DNA from: Betaproteobacteria bacterium
Lineage (GTDB): Bacteria; Pseudomonadota; Gammaproteobacteria; Burkholderiales; JACQAP01
Reading direction: 5' to 3'
Length of the DNA: 37,969 nucleotides
NCBI GenBank assembly: GCA_025357235.1
Contig: JANXPQ010000539.1
Location: 1 to 37,969 of the forward strand
Shown here: piece after piece, positions 1 through 9,247 of the stretch
How positions within the stretch are numbered: the first letter of the stretch is position 1
Layout: every line of letters begins with the position of its first letter
Position numbers and translations under genes: made by a program
Notes under the pieces: generated by a model
Databases searched by the model: none
Told to the model about the DNA's origin: nothing
Seen by the model: only the letters and a program-made list of their open reading frames with translations

Positions 1-1
1 C

Positions 2-157
2 GCAGCCCTTGCCGCGATACTCGTTGGCCTCGTGCGCTCGGCCGCCGTTCACTACCGGCCGGAACTCGACCTGTTCAGCATTTACCTGGTCATGGCCGTC
101 GTGCTGATCGTGCGCCCCAAGGGACTGTTCAGCGCGCAGGAGCCCCGCAAGATATGA
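2..157 (+). CDS. livH: Branched-chain amino acid ABC transporter permease, C-terminal fragment (LivH type; 5' end outside window)
   Basis: Frame is open from the window edge and translates to ...IYLVMAVVLIVRPKGLFSAQEPRKI*, a typical LivH C-terminus. Stop TGA 155-157 overlaps the ATG 154-156 of the next permease (ATGA). Confidence 0.7.
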   Translation, partial: AALAAILVGLVRSAAVHYRPELDLFSIYLVMAVVLIVRPKGLFSAQEPRKI

Positions 158-1095
158 AGCGCGACCGGACACTCCCGATTCTCATCGCGGTATCGGTCAT
201 CCTGCTCGCGGTCGGCCCGTTCCTGCCGCGCTGGGCGATGTTCCTGATCAACGTGTCGCTGTGTTACGGCATTGTCGTGCTCGGCATGATGCTGCTGATG
301 CGCACCGGCGTCGTGTCATTCGGCCATGGACTGTATTACTGCCTGGGCGCCTACGCGGCCGGCACGCTCGATCAGGTTTTCAAGATCTCGGACATGGCCG
401 TTATGCTGGTCGCCGCCGTGATCGTGACCGCCCTGGCGTCGGCCGCGATCGGGTTGCTGCTGCGCAAATATCGCGACATCTTTTTCGCCATGCTGTCGCT
501 GGCGTTCTCGATGATCCTGTACGGCTTGCTGGTCAAGACGTCGTCGCTGGGATCGAGCGATGGATTCAACATTGCAGCGTCCAAGATTGCCGGCGTCACA
601 GTGGCGGGCACCTCGGTCGAGCGTTACGTGCGCTATGCATTGACGGTGGTATTCGCCTGTTCCACCGGCATCTTCATGCACCGATATCTGAACTCGCACA
701 TGGGCAGGCTGGCCGAGGCGATACGCGACAACGAACTGCGCGTCGAATACATGGGCGCATCGGTGCGCAATGTCATCCACGTGAACTATGTGATTTCCGC
801 CGTGCTCGCCGGCATCGGTGGTGCGCTTGCGGCGATCGCCGTCGGTCACATCGATCCCGAGATGGCGTACTGGACGACCTCCGGTGAATTCGTCTTCGTC
901 GGCATCCTCTCCGGCACCGGCAGCATTCTGGCGCCATTCCTGGGCGCATTCATATTCGAGACCATCCGCAGCTTTGCCTATGAATATTCGCCGAACACCT
1001 GGCAGATGGCGCTCGGCATCACCATGCTGGTGGTGATCATGTTCCTGCCCGGCGGACTGTGGTCGCTGTTCACCCGCAAACGAAAGGCGGCCTGA
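154..1095 (+). CDS. livM: Branched-chain amino acid ABC transporter permease (LivM type)
   Basis: 313-aa polytopic membrane protein, directly followed by two ABC ATPases. Start is coupled to the upstream permease stop. Confidence 0.9.
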   Translation: MKRDRTLPILIAVSVILLAVGPFLPRWAMFLINVSLCYGIVVLGMMLLMRTGVVSFGHGLYYCLGAYAAGTLDQVFKISDMAVMLVAAVIVTALASAAIGLLLRKYRDIFFAMLSLAFSMILYGLLVKTSSLGSSDGFNIAASKIAGVTVAGTSVERYVRYALTVVFACSTGIFMHRYLNSHMGRLAEAIRDNELRVEYMGASVRNVIHVNYVISAVLAGIGGALAAIAVGHIDPEMAYWTTSGEFVFVGILSGTGSILAPFLGAFIFETIRSFAYEYSPNTWQMALGITMLVVIMFLPGGLWSLFTRKRKAA

Positions 1096-1096
1096 A

Positions 1097-1882
1097 ATGG
1101 CGATCGTTCTCGAAGCGAAGGCACTGAACAAGAGTTTCGGCGCGGTCACGGCCGCCAAGGACATCAACGTGGCAGTCGAGCAGGATGCCATAGTCGGCCT
1201 GATCGGCAGCAATGGCGCCGGCAAGACGACGTTCATCAACATGGTCACCGGTTATCTCAAGCCCAGTTCCGGCACCATCGATTTCGGCGGCCGCGACATC
1301 ACCCCGCTGAGCCCGCGCCAGATCACGCGGCTGGGGATCTGCCGCTCGTTCCAGATTCCGCAACTTTTCAATTCACTGTCGGTTTACGAAAACCTGCTGG
1401 TCGGCATCGGCATCGTCGTATCCGGCGGGAAAAACTGGTCCGATGCGAGCCACCATATCGGCACGCCGGGCGAAGCGGTCGACAGCATGCTGGAGCGCTT
1501 CAGGCTGACTGACTATCGCGACAAGCTGGCGGGGGTTCTGCCCGAAGGCATACGTAAATTGCTCGATATCGCGATGGCGATGGCGGTGAAGCCGAAGATC
1601 CTGTTACTCGACGAACCGACATCCGGCGTATCGGCCGACGAAAAATTCACGCTGATGGACATGGTGATGGAAGCGGTGCGCGCGCAGAAGGTGACCGTGC
1701 TGTTCGTCGAACACGACATGGATATCGTCACCCGCTATACCCAGCGCGTACTGGCCTTCTACGAAGGCCGCATCATTGCCGACGGGTTGCCGGCCGCGGT
1801 GCTGGGAGACATCGAAGTCCGCAAATACGTTACCGGCGAAGTTCAACACGCTGCGGCAGGAGGACAACATGCTGCGCATTGA
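1097..1882 (+). CDS. livG: ABC transporter ATP-binding protein (LivG type)
   Basis: Walker A GSNGAGKTT and Walker B ILLLDEPTSG. Begins 2 nt after the livM stop. Confidence 0.9.
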   Translation: MAIVLEAKALNKSFGAVTAAKDINVAVEQDAIVGLIGSNGAGKTTFINMVTGYLKPSSGTIDFGGRDITPLSPRQITRLGICRSFQIPQLFNSLSVYENLLVGIGIVVSGGKNWSDASHHIGTPGEAVDSMLERFRLTDYRDKLAGVLPEGIRKLLDIAMAMAVKPKILLLDEPTSGVSADEKFTLMDMVMEAVRAQKVTVLFVEHDMDIVTRYTQRVLAFYEGRIIADGLPAAVLGDIEVRKYVTGEVQHAAAGGQHAAH

Positions 1883-2516
1883 AGGGCTCGATGTCTCCAT
1901 CGCCTCGGTGGGCATCCTGCGCGGCGTGAACATGGATGTGCCGACCGGAAAATTCGTCGGCCTCATCGGCCGCAACGGCGCCGGCAAGACCACGCTGATG
2001 CGCTCCGTCATGGGCATCCTGCCGCCGCGCCGCGGGAGCATCAGCTTCGACGGTTCGCCGCTCGGAAAAACACCGGTTCACCAGCGCGCGCGCAATGGCA
2101 TTGGCTATATGCCGGAAGATCGCCGATTGGTACCGTCGCTGACCGTGGAGGAAAACGTGTTGATCCCGGCCTGGTCCGCGGGCGTCGCCGATACGCGTGC
2201 GCGGTTGGCCGACGTCTACCAGATGATTCCCGAGGTCGAGGCGTTCTCCGGCCGCAAGGCATTGCAACTTTCCGGCGGGCAACAAAAGCTGGTCGCGCTG
2301 GCGCGCGCGCTGATGTGCGGCACGAAGCTCCTGCTGCTCGACGAACCGTTCGAAGGCGTCGCGCCGGTGCTGGCCAGACGGCTCGCGGAGGTGATCTCCG
2401 GACTCAAGCAACGGGGACTGTCGATCGTCCTGACGGAATCCGATCTCTCGCATTCACGGGAGATGCTCGACGTGATTTACTCGATCGACCGCGGCGAGGT
2501 TTCGATCGCCGGCTAG
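1869..2516 (+). CDS. livF: ABC transporter ATP-binding protein (LivF type)
   Basis: Internal ATG at 1869 gives MLRIEGLDVS.... Walker A GRNGAGKTT, signature LSGGQQK, Walker B LLLLDEP. 14-nt overlap with livG. Confidence 0.9.
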   Translation: MLRIEGLDVSIASVGILRGVNMDVPTGKFVGLIGRNGAGKTTLMRSVMGILPPRRGSISFDGSPLGKTPVHQRARNGIGYMPEDRRLVPSLTVEENVLIPAWSAGVADTRARLADVYQMIPEVEAFSGRKALQLSGGQQKLVALARALMCGTKLLLLDEPFEGVAPVLARRLAEVISGLKQRGLSIVLTESDLSHSREMLDVIYSIDRGEVSIAG

Positions 2517-2526
2517 ATCCCTTCCG

Positions 2527-2544
2527 CGCTGCCCTTCGGCAGCG
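2527..2544. terminator. Stem-loop (CGCTGCC-CTTC-GGCAGCG) between convergent livF and the feo operon; possible bidirectional terminator
   Basis: Perfect 7-bp GC-rich stem with a 4-nt loop in the 50-nt convergent intergenic region. There is no clean U-tract on either side. Confidence 0.3.
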
Positions 2545-2566
2545 AGCCCGACTTTAGAAAATCCGC

Positions 2567-2815
2567 CTAGCGGCGGTGCAGTTGAATTGTCTTGACCGGC
2601 GAGGCCGCCGGCGCATCCGTCGCACACCCCTTGCATGTACTGCAACCCACGCTTTCGGCCCCGGATTGCAGACGCGCGAACCGGGCGCGCCGGGAGGAAG
2701 GCACGATCGTGATGAGACGGGCAATCAGCCAGCGGCGCATGGCTTGCGGCATGAACAGCCATCCCGCGTAGAAGATTGCGATGGCGACGATGAAATAAGC
2801 GATAAGGGTCTGCAT
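2567..2815 (-). CDS. Small membrane protein with C-terminal CxxCxxC motif, translationally coupled to feoB
   Basis: 82 aa. One N-terminal TM helix (LIAYFIVAIAIFYAGWLFM), a basic linker, then GCSTCKGCA. The ATG lies 3 nt after the feoB stop, with a GGAGG inside the feoB 3' end 8 nt upstream. Confidence 0.7.
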   Translation of the reverse strand: MQTLIAYFIVAIAIFYAGWLFMPQAMRRWLIARLITIVPSSRRARFARLQSGAESVGCSTCKGCATDAPAASPVKTIQLHRR

Positions 2816-2818
2816 GAA

Positions 2819-4690
2819 TCAGCCTCCCGTCAATACCAAGGCCACCCGATAGGTAATAAAGGAAGCCAGGTAGGCCAGCAAAAACAGATAGCCCGCCATG
2901 ATTAACGGATAGCGTATCGAATTGGTTTCACGCCGCACGATCGACAGCGTCGAAATGCATTGCGGCGCAAACACGTACCAGGCAAGCAGGGAAAACGCCG
3001 TCGCCAGCGACCAGCTCTGCGCGATCATCGGCGTCAATTGCGCTGCCACGTTTTCGCCGGTGGCGGAAAGCGCGTACACCGTACCCAGCGCCCCGACTGC
3101 GACCTCGCGAGCTGCCAGCCCCGGTATCAGGGCGATCGAGATCTGCCAGTTGAAGCCTATCGGCGCCAAGACCGTTTCGAGCCCCCGCCCGATCATTCCG
3201 GCAAGACTGTACTGGATCGCCGGTCCGCTGGCGCCGGCTGGTGGCGCCGGGAACGAGGACAGGAACCAGAGCAGGATGGTCAACGACAGGATGATGGTGC
3301 CGACGCGTGCGAGAAAGATTTTTGCCCGCTCGATGAGGCCCATGATGAGATTTCTCGGGTTGGGCCAGCGGTAAGACGGCAACTCCATCAGCAGCGGATG
3401 CAGCATTTTGCGTCCGGCGGCGAGCTTCATGACCCAGGCGACCGCCATGGCGCTCACGATTCCCGCGAGATACAGAACGAAAAGCACTACGCCCTGAAGA
3501 TTGAGGAAACCGAGCACGGTCTTTTGCGGAATGAAGGCGCCGATGATCAGCGCGTAGACAGGCAGCCGCGCCGAACAGGTTGTCAGCGGGGCGATCATGA
3601 TCGTGGTCAAGCGGTCGCGCCAGTTGGCGATGTTGCGCGTGGCCATGATGCCGGGGATCGCGCACGCAAAACTCGACAGCAGCGGAATGAAGGAGCGGCC
3701 AGACAGCCCGACCGTCCCCATCAGCCGGTCGAGCATGAAGGCGGCGCGCGGCAGATAGCCTGAATCCTCCAACGCCAGGATGAACAGAAACAGGATCAGG
3801 ATCTGGGGCAGGAAGACCAGCACGCTGCCCGCGCCTGCGATCACGCCGTCGACAAGCAGGCTTTGCAGGATGCCCGCGGGCAACCACGTCTTCAGCAATT
3901 CACCGGTCGCCTCGACGGCGGCCTTGATCGCATCCATCGGCCACTGGGCCCAACTGAACACAGCCTGGAACATCAAAAACAACGTTACCGACAAAATGAC
4001 GTAGCCCCAGAACGGATGCAGCACAACACGATCGAGCGCGTCGTCCACGCGCAGCTCGTTCGGCGGCTCGCGCACGGCAACGGCAAGGATGCGCCGAACT
4101 TCGCGTTGAGTCGTCGCCACGTCTTCGATGTCGGGCGCCTTCCATGCGGAAACCACAGTCGGCCGGTCCGACACATGGCTCTGGATCGCGTTGATCAGTT
4201 CGTCCGCGCCGCCGCGCCGTACGGCGACGGTCTGTACGACGGGCATGCCGAGTTCCCGCTCGAGCGCATGGACGTCGATTTCCACGCCACGATGCTTGGC
4301 GACATCCGTCATGTTCAACGCCAGCACCATCGGCAGTCCCAACCGCTTGGCTTCGACAACCAGCCGCAGGTTCAGGCGCAAATTGGTGGCGTCGGTCACG
4401 CATACTAGCAGGTCCGGCTTTTCCTCATCCTTCTTCGCGCCGAGCACCACGTCGCGGGTGATGGTTTCGTCGAGGCTCAGTGCATTCAGGCTGTATGCGC
4501 CGGGCAAATCAAGAACACGGATGCGTTGCCCGTCCGGGGTTTCGAACAGTCCTTCCTTGCGCTCGACGGTCACGCCTGCGTAGTTCGCAACTTTTTGCCG
4601 ACTGCCTGTCAGCAGATTGAACAGCGCGGTCTTCCCGCAATTGGGATTGCCGAGCAATGCGATGCGCAGCGCCGCGTGGGAAGCAGTCAT
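2819..4690 (-). CDS. feoB: Ferrous iron transporter FeoB
   Basis: 623 aa. N-terminal G domain (GNPNCGKTALFNLLTG, DLPG) followed by a polytopic membrane domain. Overlaps the feoA stop by 4 nt. Confidence 0.95.
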   Translation of the reverse strand: MTASHAALRIALLGNPNCGKTALFNLLTGSRQKVANYAGVTVERKEGLFETPDGQRIRVLDLPGAYSLNALSLDETITRDVVLGAKKDEEKPDLLVCVTDATNLRLNLRLVVEAKRLGLPMVLALNMTDVAKHRGVEIDVHALERELGMPVVQTVAVRRGGADELINAIQSHVSDRPTVVSAWKAPDIEDVATTQREVRRILAVAVREPPNELRVDDALDRVVLHPFWGYVILSVTLFLMFQAVFSWAQWPMDAIKAAVEATGELLKTWLPAGILQSLLVDGVIAGAGSVLVFLPQILILFLFILALEDSGYLPRAAFMLDRLMGTVGLSGRSFIPLLSSFACAIPGIMATRNIANWRDRLTTIMIAPLTTCSARLPVYALIIGAFIPQKTVLGFLNLQGVVLFVLYLAGIVSAMAVAWVMKLAAGRKMLHPLLMELPSYRWPNPRNLIMGLIERAKIFLARVGTIILSLTILLWFLSSFPAPPAGASGPAIQYSLAGMIGRGLETVLAPIGFNWQISIALIPGLAAREVAVGALGTVYALSATGENVAAQLTPMIAQSWSLATAFSLLAWYVFAPQCISTLSIVRRETNSIRYPLIMAGYLFLLAYLASFITYRVALVLTGG

Positions 4691-5001
4691 GGTTTCGTTC
4701 CGGATTGCGGGGCCGCCGTCACCAGGACATGGTCGGCTTCAAAGCGGCGCAACGCGAAGGTCGTGTTGCCGATGCGCACGGCAATGGGTTCGCGGCCCGG
4801 AAATCCATGTGCGATGACCCGCAGCGATTCGCCCTCGACAAAGCCGAGTTCGAGCAGGCGCAGGCCGATATCTCCGCCTTCGGGCTCGGAAATGCCGGTG
4901 CGGACCTCGCGAATCGTAACAATCTGACCAATGCCAACGCCGCTCAGCGGCATCAACTTGTCCGCTATCGCCACGGTTTCAGGGAAAGTATCCAACGGCA
5001 T
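4687..5001 (-). CDS. feoA: Ferrous iron transport protein FeoA
   Basis: Small FeoA-like protein (...LSGVGIGQIVTIREV...LELGFVEGESLRV...). The internal ATG at 4953 (MPLSGVG...) is a plausible true start and would put the Fur-like box about 70 nt upstream. Confidence 0.85.
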   Translation of the reverse strand: MPLDTFPETVAIADKLMPLSGVGIGQIVTIREVRTGISEPEGGDIGLRLLELGFVEGESLRVIAHGFPGREPIAVRIGNTTFALRRFEADHVLVTAAPQSGTKP

Positions 5002-5020
5002 GCTGGTTCGTAGAACCCGG

Positions 5021-5039
5021 GTTAATGGGAATCGTTATT
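5021..5039. promoter_or_regulatory. Fur-box-like operator upstream of feoA
   Basis: GTTAATGGGAATCGTTATT matches the 19-nt consensus GATAATGATAATCATTATC at 14/19 positions. Lies immediately upstream of the feoAB operon. Confidence 0.55.
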
Positions 5040-5368
5040 ATTATGGGCCATTTTGACAACCTTGGCATCCCGCAAGAGCATTGCGGTGAGGTACGGCCAT
5101 GGATTGATGGGGTTTGGTCAGTCCGCCAGGATCGGAACAGGCATCGAATTCTTTGACTGTACTACAGCGTTTATTCGTTTTCCTGATCTGTGCAAGCAGG
5201 CGCAGTACTTCCGAGTGGATTGGTTAACCAGCCGCTTTCCTCTCGATCCACTGATCCATCCCACGGTAAACTTGCGCGCGCCGCTTGTTGTTGCCCCACC
5301 GGAACGACTGATGGCGCCAGATGTCCGAATTCTGTTTACCGGAATCATTCCGCGAAGGAGAAGCTGCA

Positions 5369-6730
5369 GTGGCCGCGCAACAAGTACTCGATCTGATCGG
5401 AAACACACCGCTGGTCGAGGTCACCCGCATGAATGCAGGTCCCTGCCGCCTGTTCCTGAAAATGGAAAGCCAGAACCCCGGCGGCTCGATCAAGGATCGC
5501 ATCGGCCGCTCGATGATCGAGGCAGCGGAGAAGGACGGCAAGCTCAAGCCCGGCGGCACCATCATCGAGGCCACCGCCGGCAATACCGGCCTGGGGCTCG
5601 CGCTGGTGGCGGCGTTGAAGGGGTACAAGCTGATCCTGATCGTGCCCGATAAAATGAGCCGGGAAAAAATCTTCCACCTGAAGGCGATGGGCGCGCAAGT
5701 CATGCTCACCCGCACCGATGTGGGCAAGGGCCATCCCGAGTACTACCAGGACATGGCCGAGCGCATCTCGAAGGAAACCGGTGCGTTCTTCATCAACCAG
5801 TTCGGCAATCCGGCCAATCCGCTCGCGCACGAGACCACCACCGGCCCGGAGATCTGGGAACAGATGGATCACGACGTGGACGCAGTGGTATTCGGCGTCG
5901 GTTCGTCGGGCACCATGACCGGTCTCGCACGCTACTTCGCCAAGGCGTCGCCGCAGACCGAAATGGTGCTGGCCGATCCGGTCGGCTCGGTGCTGGCCGA
6001 CTATGTCCACACTGGAAAATACGGCGCAGCGGGCAGCTGGATTGTGGAGGGCATCGGTGAAGACTTCATTCCGCCGATCGCCGATTTCTCGCGAGTCAAG
6101 AAGGCTTATTCGATCAGCGACGCGCAATCCTGCTCCACGGTGCGGGAGTTGCTGATGAAGGAAGGCATTCTTGCCGGCTCGTCATCGGGCACACTGATCG
6201 GCGCCGCGCTGCGCTACTGCCGCGAACAGCAAACGCCGAAACGCGTGGTTACTTTCGTCTGCGACAGCGGCAACAAGTATTTGTCGAAGATCTTCAACGA
6301 TTACTGGCTGATCGACCAGGGCCTGCTCCAGCGCGAGCAGTTCGGCGACCTGCGCGACCTGATCACTCGCCACCATGACGAGCACGCTACAGTAACGATT
6401 GCGCCGGAAGACAAGCTGATGACTGCCTATGCGCGCATGAAACTGTATGACATCTCGCAGCTTCCGGTGCTCGACGACGGCAAAGTCGTCGGCATCATCG
6501 ATGAATGGGATCTGCTTACGGCGGCACAGGATAATCCGGTGCGCTTCAGCGATCCGGTACGCACGGCGATGACCCAGCGGGTCGACACGGTCGGACTGAA
6601 GACGCCGTTGCCGAAGCTGCTGGAGGCCTTCAACAAGGGACATGTCGCCATCGTCGTCGACAATGGCAAATTCTATGGCCTCGTCACCCGCATGGATGTC
6701 CTGAACCACTTGCGCAATCGCGCACCCTGA
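5369..6730 (+). CDS. Cystathionine beta-synthase-type PLP enzyme with C-terminal tandem CBS domains
   Basis: Fold-type II PLP motifs (GNTPLVE, GGSIKDR, TAGNTG) plus a C-terminal CBS-pair region. GTG at 5369 is preceded by AAGGAG at 7-8 nt. The ORF-track ATG at 5321 is the alternative start. Confidence 0.85.
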   Translation: MAAQQVLDLIGNTPLVEVTRMNAGPCRLFLKMESQNPGGSIKDRIGRSMIEAAEKDGKLKPGGTIIEATAGNTGLGLALVAALKGYKLILIVPDKMSREKIFHLKAMGAQVMLTRTDVGKGHPEYYQDMAERISKETGAFFINQFGNPANPLAHETTTGPEIWEQMDHDVDAVVFGVGSSGTMTGLARYFAKASPQTEMVLADPVGSVLADYVHTGKYGAAGSWIVEGIGEDFIPPIADFSRVKKAYSISDAQSCSTVRELLMKEGILAGSSSGTLIGAALRYCREQQTPKRVVTFVCDSGNKYLSKIFNDYWLIDQGLLQREQFGDLRDLITRHHDEHATVTIAPEDKLMTAYARMKLYDISQLPVLDDGKVVGIIDEWDLLTAAQDNPVRFSDPVRTAMTQRVDTVGLKTPLPKLLEAFNKGHVAIVVDNGKFYGLVTRMDVLNHLRNRAP

Positions 6731-6740
6731 GCCACCCATC

Positions 6741-7913
6741 ATGAGCGACAAAAAACACGACAAGCAAGGCTTTGCCACCCGCTCGGTCCACGCCGGACAA
6801 GTGCCGGATCCGGCGACCGGCGCGGTAATGACGCCGATCTTCGCCACCTCTACGTTCAAGCAGCACTCGCCCGGTGTGCACACGGGCTATGAATACGCCC
6901 GCTCGCAGAATCCGACCCGGCATGCGTTCGAGCGCTGCATTGCAGACCTCGAGAGCGGGACGCGGGGATTCGCCTTCGCCTCCGGATTGGCCGCCAGCAG
7001 CACGGTGCTGGAGCTGCTGGATGCGGGCAGCCACATCGTCGCAGCGGATGATTTGTACGGCGGATCCTGGCGGCTGTTCGAGCGGGTGCGCAAGCGCTCG
7101 ATGGGCCTGAGAACGAGTTATGCCGATCCGAATGTCGCCGGCTCGCTGGAACAGGCGATCCAGCCCGATACGAAAATGATCTGGGTGGAGACGCCGTCGA
7201 ATCCGTTGCTCAAGATTACCGACCTGGAACAGGTCGCGAAGATCGGCAAGGCGCGCGGCATCCTCACGGTGGTGGACAACACCTTCGCGTCGCCTTACGT
7301 GCAGCGCCCGCTCGACCTGGGCATCGACATCGTGCTGCATTCCGTGACCAAGTACATCAACGGCCACTCCGACATGATCGGCGGCGCCGTCATCGTCAGG
7401 GATCGCGTCGACATCGCGGAGAAGCTGGAGTACATGCAAAACGCGATCGGTTCGATCATGGATCCGTTCTCCAGTTTCCTGGCTCTGCGCGGCGTGAAGA
7501 CGCTGCCGCTGCGGATGAAGCAGCACTGCGGCAATGCCATGCATCTGGCCGCCTGGCTGAAGTCGCATCCGCTGATAGAAAGGGTGATTTATCCCGGGCT
7601 GCCGAACCACCCCCAGCATCTGCTGGCGGCAAAGCAGATGAACGGCTTCGGCGCGATGATTTCGGTTTATCTGAAAACCGATATGGGCGGCGTGCGCCGC
7701 GCGTTGGAGGCCTGCAAGGTATTTACGCTCGCGGAAAGTCTGGGGGGCGTGGAAAGCCTGATCGGACATCCGGTCACCATGAGCCACGGGTCATTGCCGA
7801 TGGAATTGCGTGCGCGTCTGGGCATTACCGACAACCTGGTGAGATTGTCGGTGGGCATCGAAGACATGGAAGACCTGATCGCCGACCTCGATCAGGCAAT
7901 GGGGAAAATCTGA
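6741..7913 (+). CDS. Cys/Met-metabolism PLP-dependent enzyme, cystathionine gamma-lyase/synthase family
   Basis: 390 aa with the family lysine motif HSVTKYINGHSD. Starts 10 nt after the CBS-type gene. The pairing suggests gamma-lyase (reverse transsulfuration), but specificity cannot be read from the sequence. Confidence 0.85.
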   Translation: MSDKKHDKQGFATRSVHAGQVPDPATGAVMTPIFATSTFKQHSPGVHTGYEYARSQNPTRHAFERCIADLESGTRGFAFASGLAASSTVLELLDAGSHIVAADDLYGGSWRLFERVRKRSMGLRTSYADPNVAGSLEQAIQPDTKMIWVETPSNPLLKITDLEQVAKIGKARGILTVVDNTFASPYVQRPLDLGIDIVLHSVTKYINGHSDMIGGAVIVRDRVDIAEKLEYMQNAIGSIMDPFSSFLALRGVKTLPLRMKQHCGNAMHLAAWLKSHPLIERVIYPGLPNHPQHLLAAKQMNGFGAMISVYLKTDMGGVRRALEACKVFTLAESLGGVESLIGHPVTMSHGSLPMELRARLGITDNLVRLSVGIEDMEDLIADLDQAMGKI

Positions 7914-8428
7914 TGAAATTCAACTCGCGCCTGATTTATCTGGCGATCTTCCTGGTCTGCACCGGGCTGATCGGTTTCGCACTTTATCTGCAGCACTCGC
8001 TCGGGCTGGAACCCTGCCCGATGTGCATCCTGCAGCGCTATGCGTTCATCGTGGTCGGCGTGATCGCGCTGGTTGCGGCAATCCACAACCCGGGCCTGCT
8101 GGGGCGCCGCATTTACGGCGGGGTGTTGGTGGTCATGGCCGCGACCGGCGGCGGCGTGGCGATCCGGCATGTCTATCTCGAACACAACCCGCCCAAAATA
8201 TTCGATTGCGGCGCGGATGTCGGCTTCATGCTCGAATCCTTTCCGCTCACGGAAGCGCTGCCGATGATCTTCCGCGGCACCGGCGATTGCACCAAGGTAG
8301 TATGGCAATTCCTCGGCCTGTCGATCGCTGAGTGGTCGCTGGTCTGCTTCGCACTGCTGATCGTCGCCGCCGTCATAGCCGTAACGATAAAACGACGCGG
8401 CTTGTTTCTGCACTCCGGTGCGCGCTGA
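7913..8428 (+). CDS. dsbB: Disulfide bond formation protein B
   Basis: 171 aa, four TM segments, CPMC in the first periplasmic loop and a second Cys pair (FDCG...GDCT). ATG overlaps the preceding stop (TGATG). Confidence 0.9.
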   Translation: MKFNSRLIYLAIFLVCTGLIGFALYLQHSLGLEPCPMCILQRYAFIVVGVIALVAAIHNPGLLGRRIYGGVLVVMAATGGGVAIRHVYLEHNPPKIFDCGADVGFMLESFPLTEALPMIFRGTGDCTKVVWQFLGLSIAEWSLVCFALLIVAAVIAVTIKRRGLFLHSGAR

Positions 8429-9190
8429 TCAGAATTGCGCGCCGCGCGTCAGCGCCCCGTCCACCACCAGATTGCTGCCGGTGATGAAGCTCGCTGCAGG
8501 ACTGGCGATGAATGCCACGGCATTCGCCATTTCCTGCGGCGTACCCATTCTGCCGGTCGGGTTCAGGGCGAGCGCTTCCGCGTAAAGCTTCGGATTGCCG
8601 TCCTTGATCTGGTTCCATACGCCGCCTTCGAAATAAGTATTGCCCGGCGACACGGTATTGGCGCGAATACCCTTGCCGGCCAGCTGAAATGCCAGACCCT
8701 GGGTGTAGTGAATGAGCGCGGCCTTGAACGCGCCATAAGGACCAGCGGCAAAATCGATCTCGCGTCCTGAGACGATGGAAATCGTCACGATTGCGCCGTG
8801 ACGGCTTTTTTCCAGATACGGCATGGCGGCAGCGACCATATTGACCGCCCCCATCATGTCCACCGCGAAGCCTTTGCGCCAGCTCTCTTCGTCGCCGCCG
8901 ACAGCCAGCGCGCTGACGTTGGCCACGATGATGTCGATGCTGCCGAATTCCTTGCCGACGCTGCCGACCCAGGCTTTCAGTGCCGGACCGTCCGCCACGT
9001 CCAGGGCGCTGCCGCTCGCATTGACACCCTTTGCCCGTAGCGCGGCAACGGCACTTTTCACATCTGCCGCATGGCGTGCGCAGATCGCCACGTCGGCGCC
9101 TTCGCTGGCAAGCGTCTCCGCAATGGCACGTCCGATGCCTTTGGTACCGCCGGTCACGACAGCTTTCAACTTCTTGAGCCCGAGATCCAT
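8429..9190 (-). CDS. SDR family oxidoreductase
   Basis: TGGTKGIG cofactor motif and YGAFK (YxxxK). Start chosen at MDLGLKK..., which has AAGGAG 8 nt upstream. Confidence 0.85.
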   Translation of the reverse strand: MDLGLKKLKAVVTGGTKGIGRAIAETLASEGADVAICARHAADVKSAVAALRAKGVNASGSALDVADGPALKAWVGSVGKEFGSIDIIVANVSALAVGGDEESWRKGFAVDMMGAVNMVAAAMPYLEKSRHGAIVTISIVSGREIDFAAGPYGAFKAALIHYTQGLAFQLAGKGIRANTVSPGNTYFEGGVWNQIKDGNPKLYAEALALNPTGRMGTPQEMANAVAFIASPAASFITGSNLVVDGALTRGAQF

Positions 9191-9247
9191 ACCCGTCCGC
9201 TCCTTGTCATGGTTTGAATTTTGCAATCGCGACAGGTGCCCGCCGTG

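Noticed and set aside
5053-5652. 199-aa plus-strand ORF overlapping the start of the CBS-type gene
   Set aside because: It is off-frame to the motif-bearing CBS gene and has no RBS. The product is Arg/Pro-rich with no features.
316-7787. Various 200-370-aa antisense or off-frame ORFs over livM/livG/livF, feoB, the CBS-type gene and the gamma-lyase-family gene (for example 316-1248, 2928-3887, 5345-6127, 6684-7787)
   Set aside because: Each is shadowed by a motif-bearing gene in another frame, and none has recognisable motifs.
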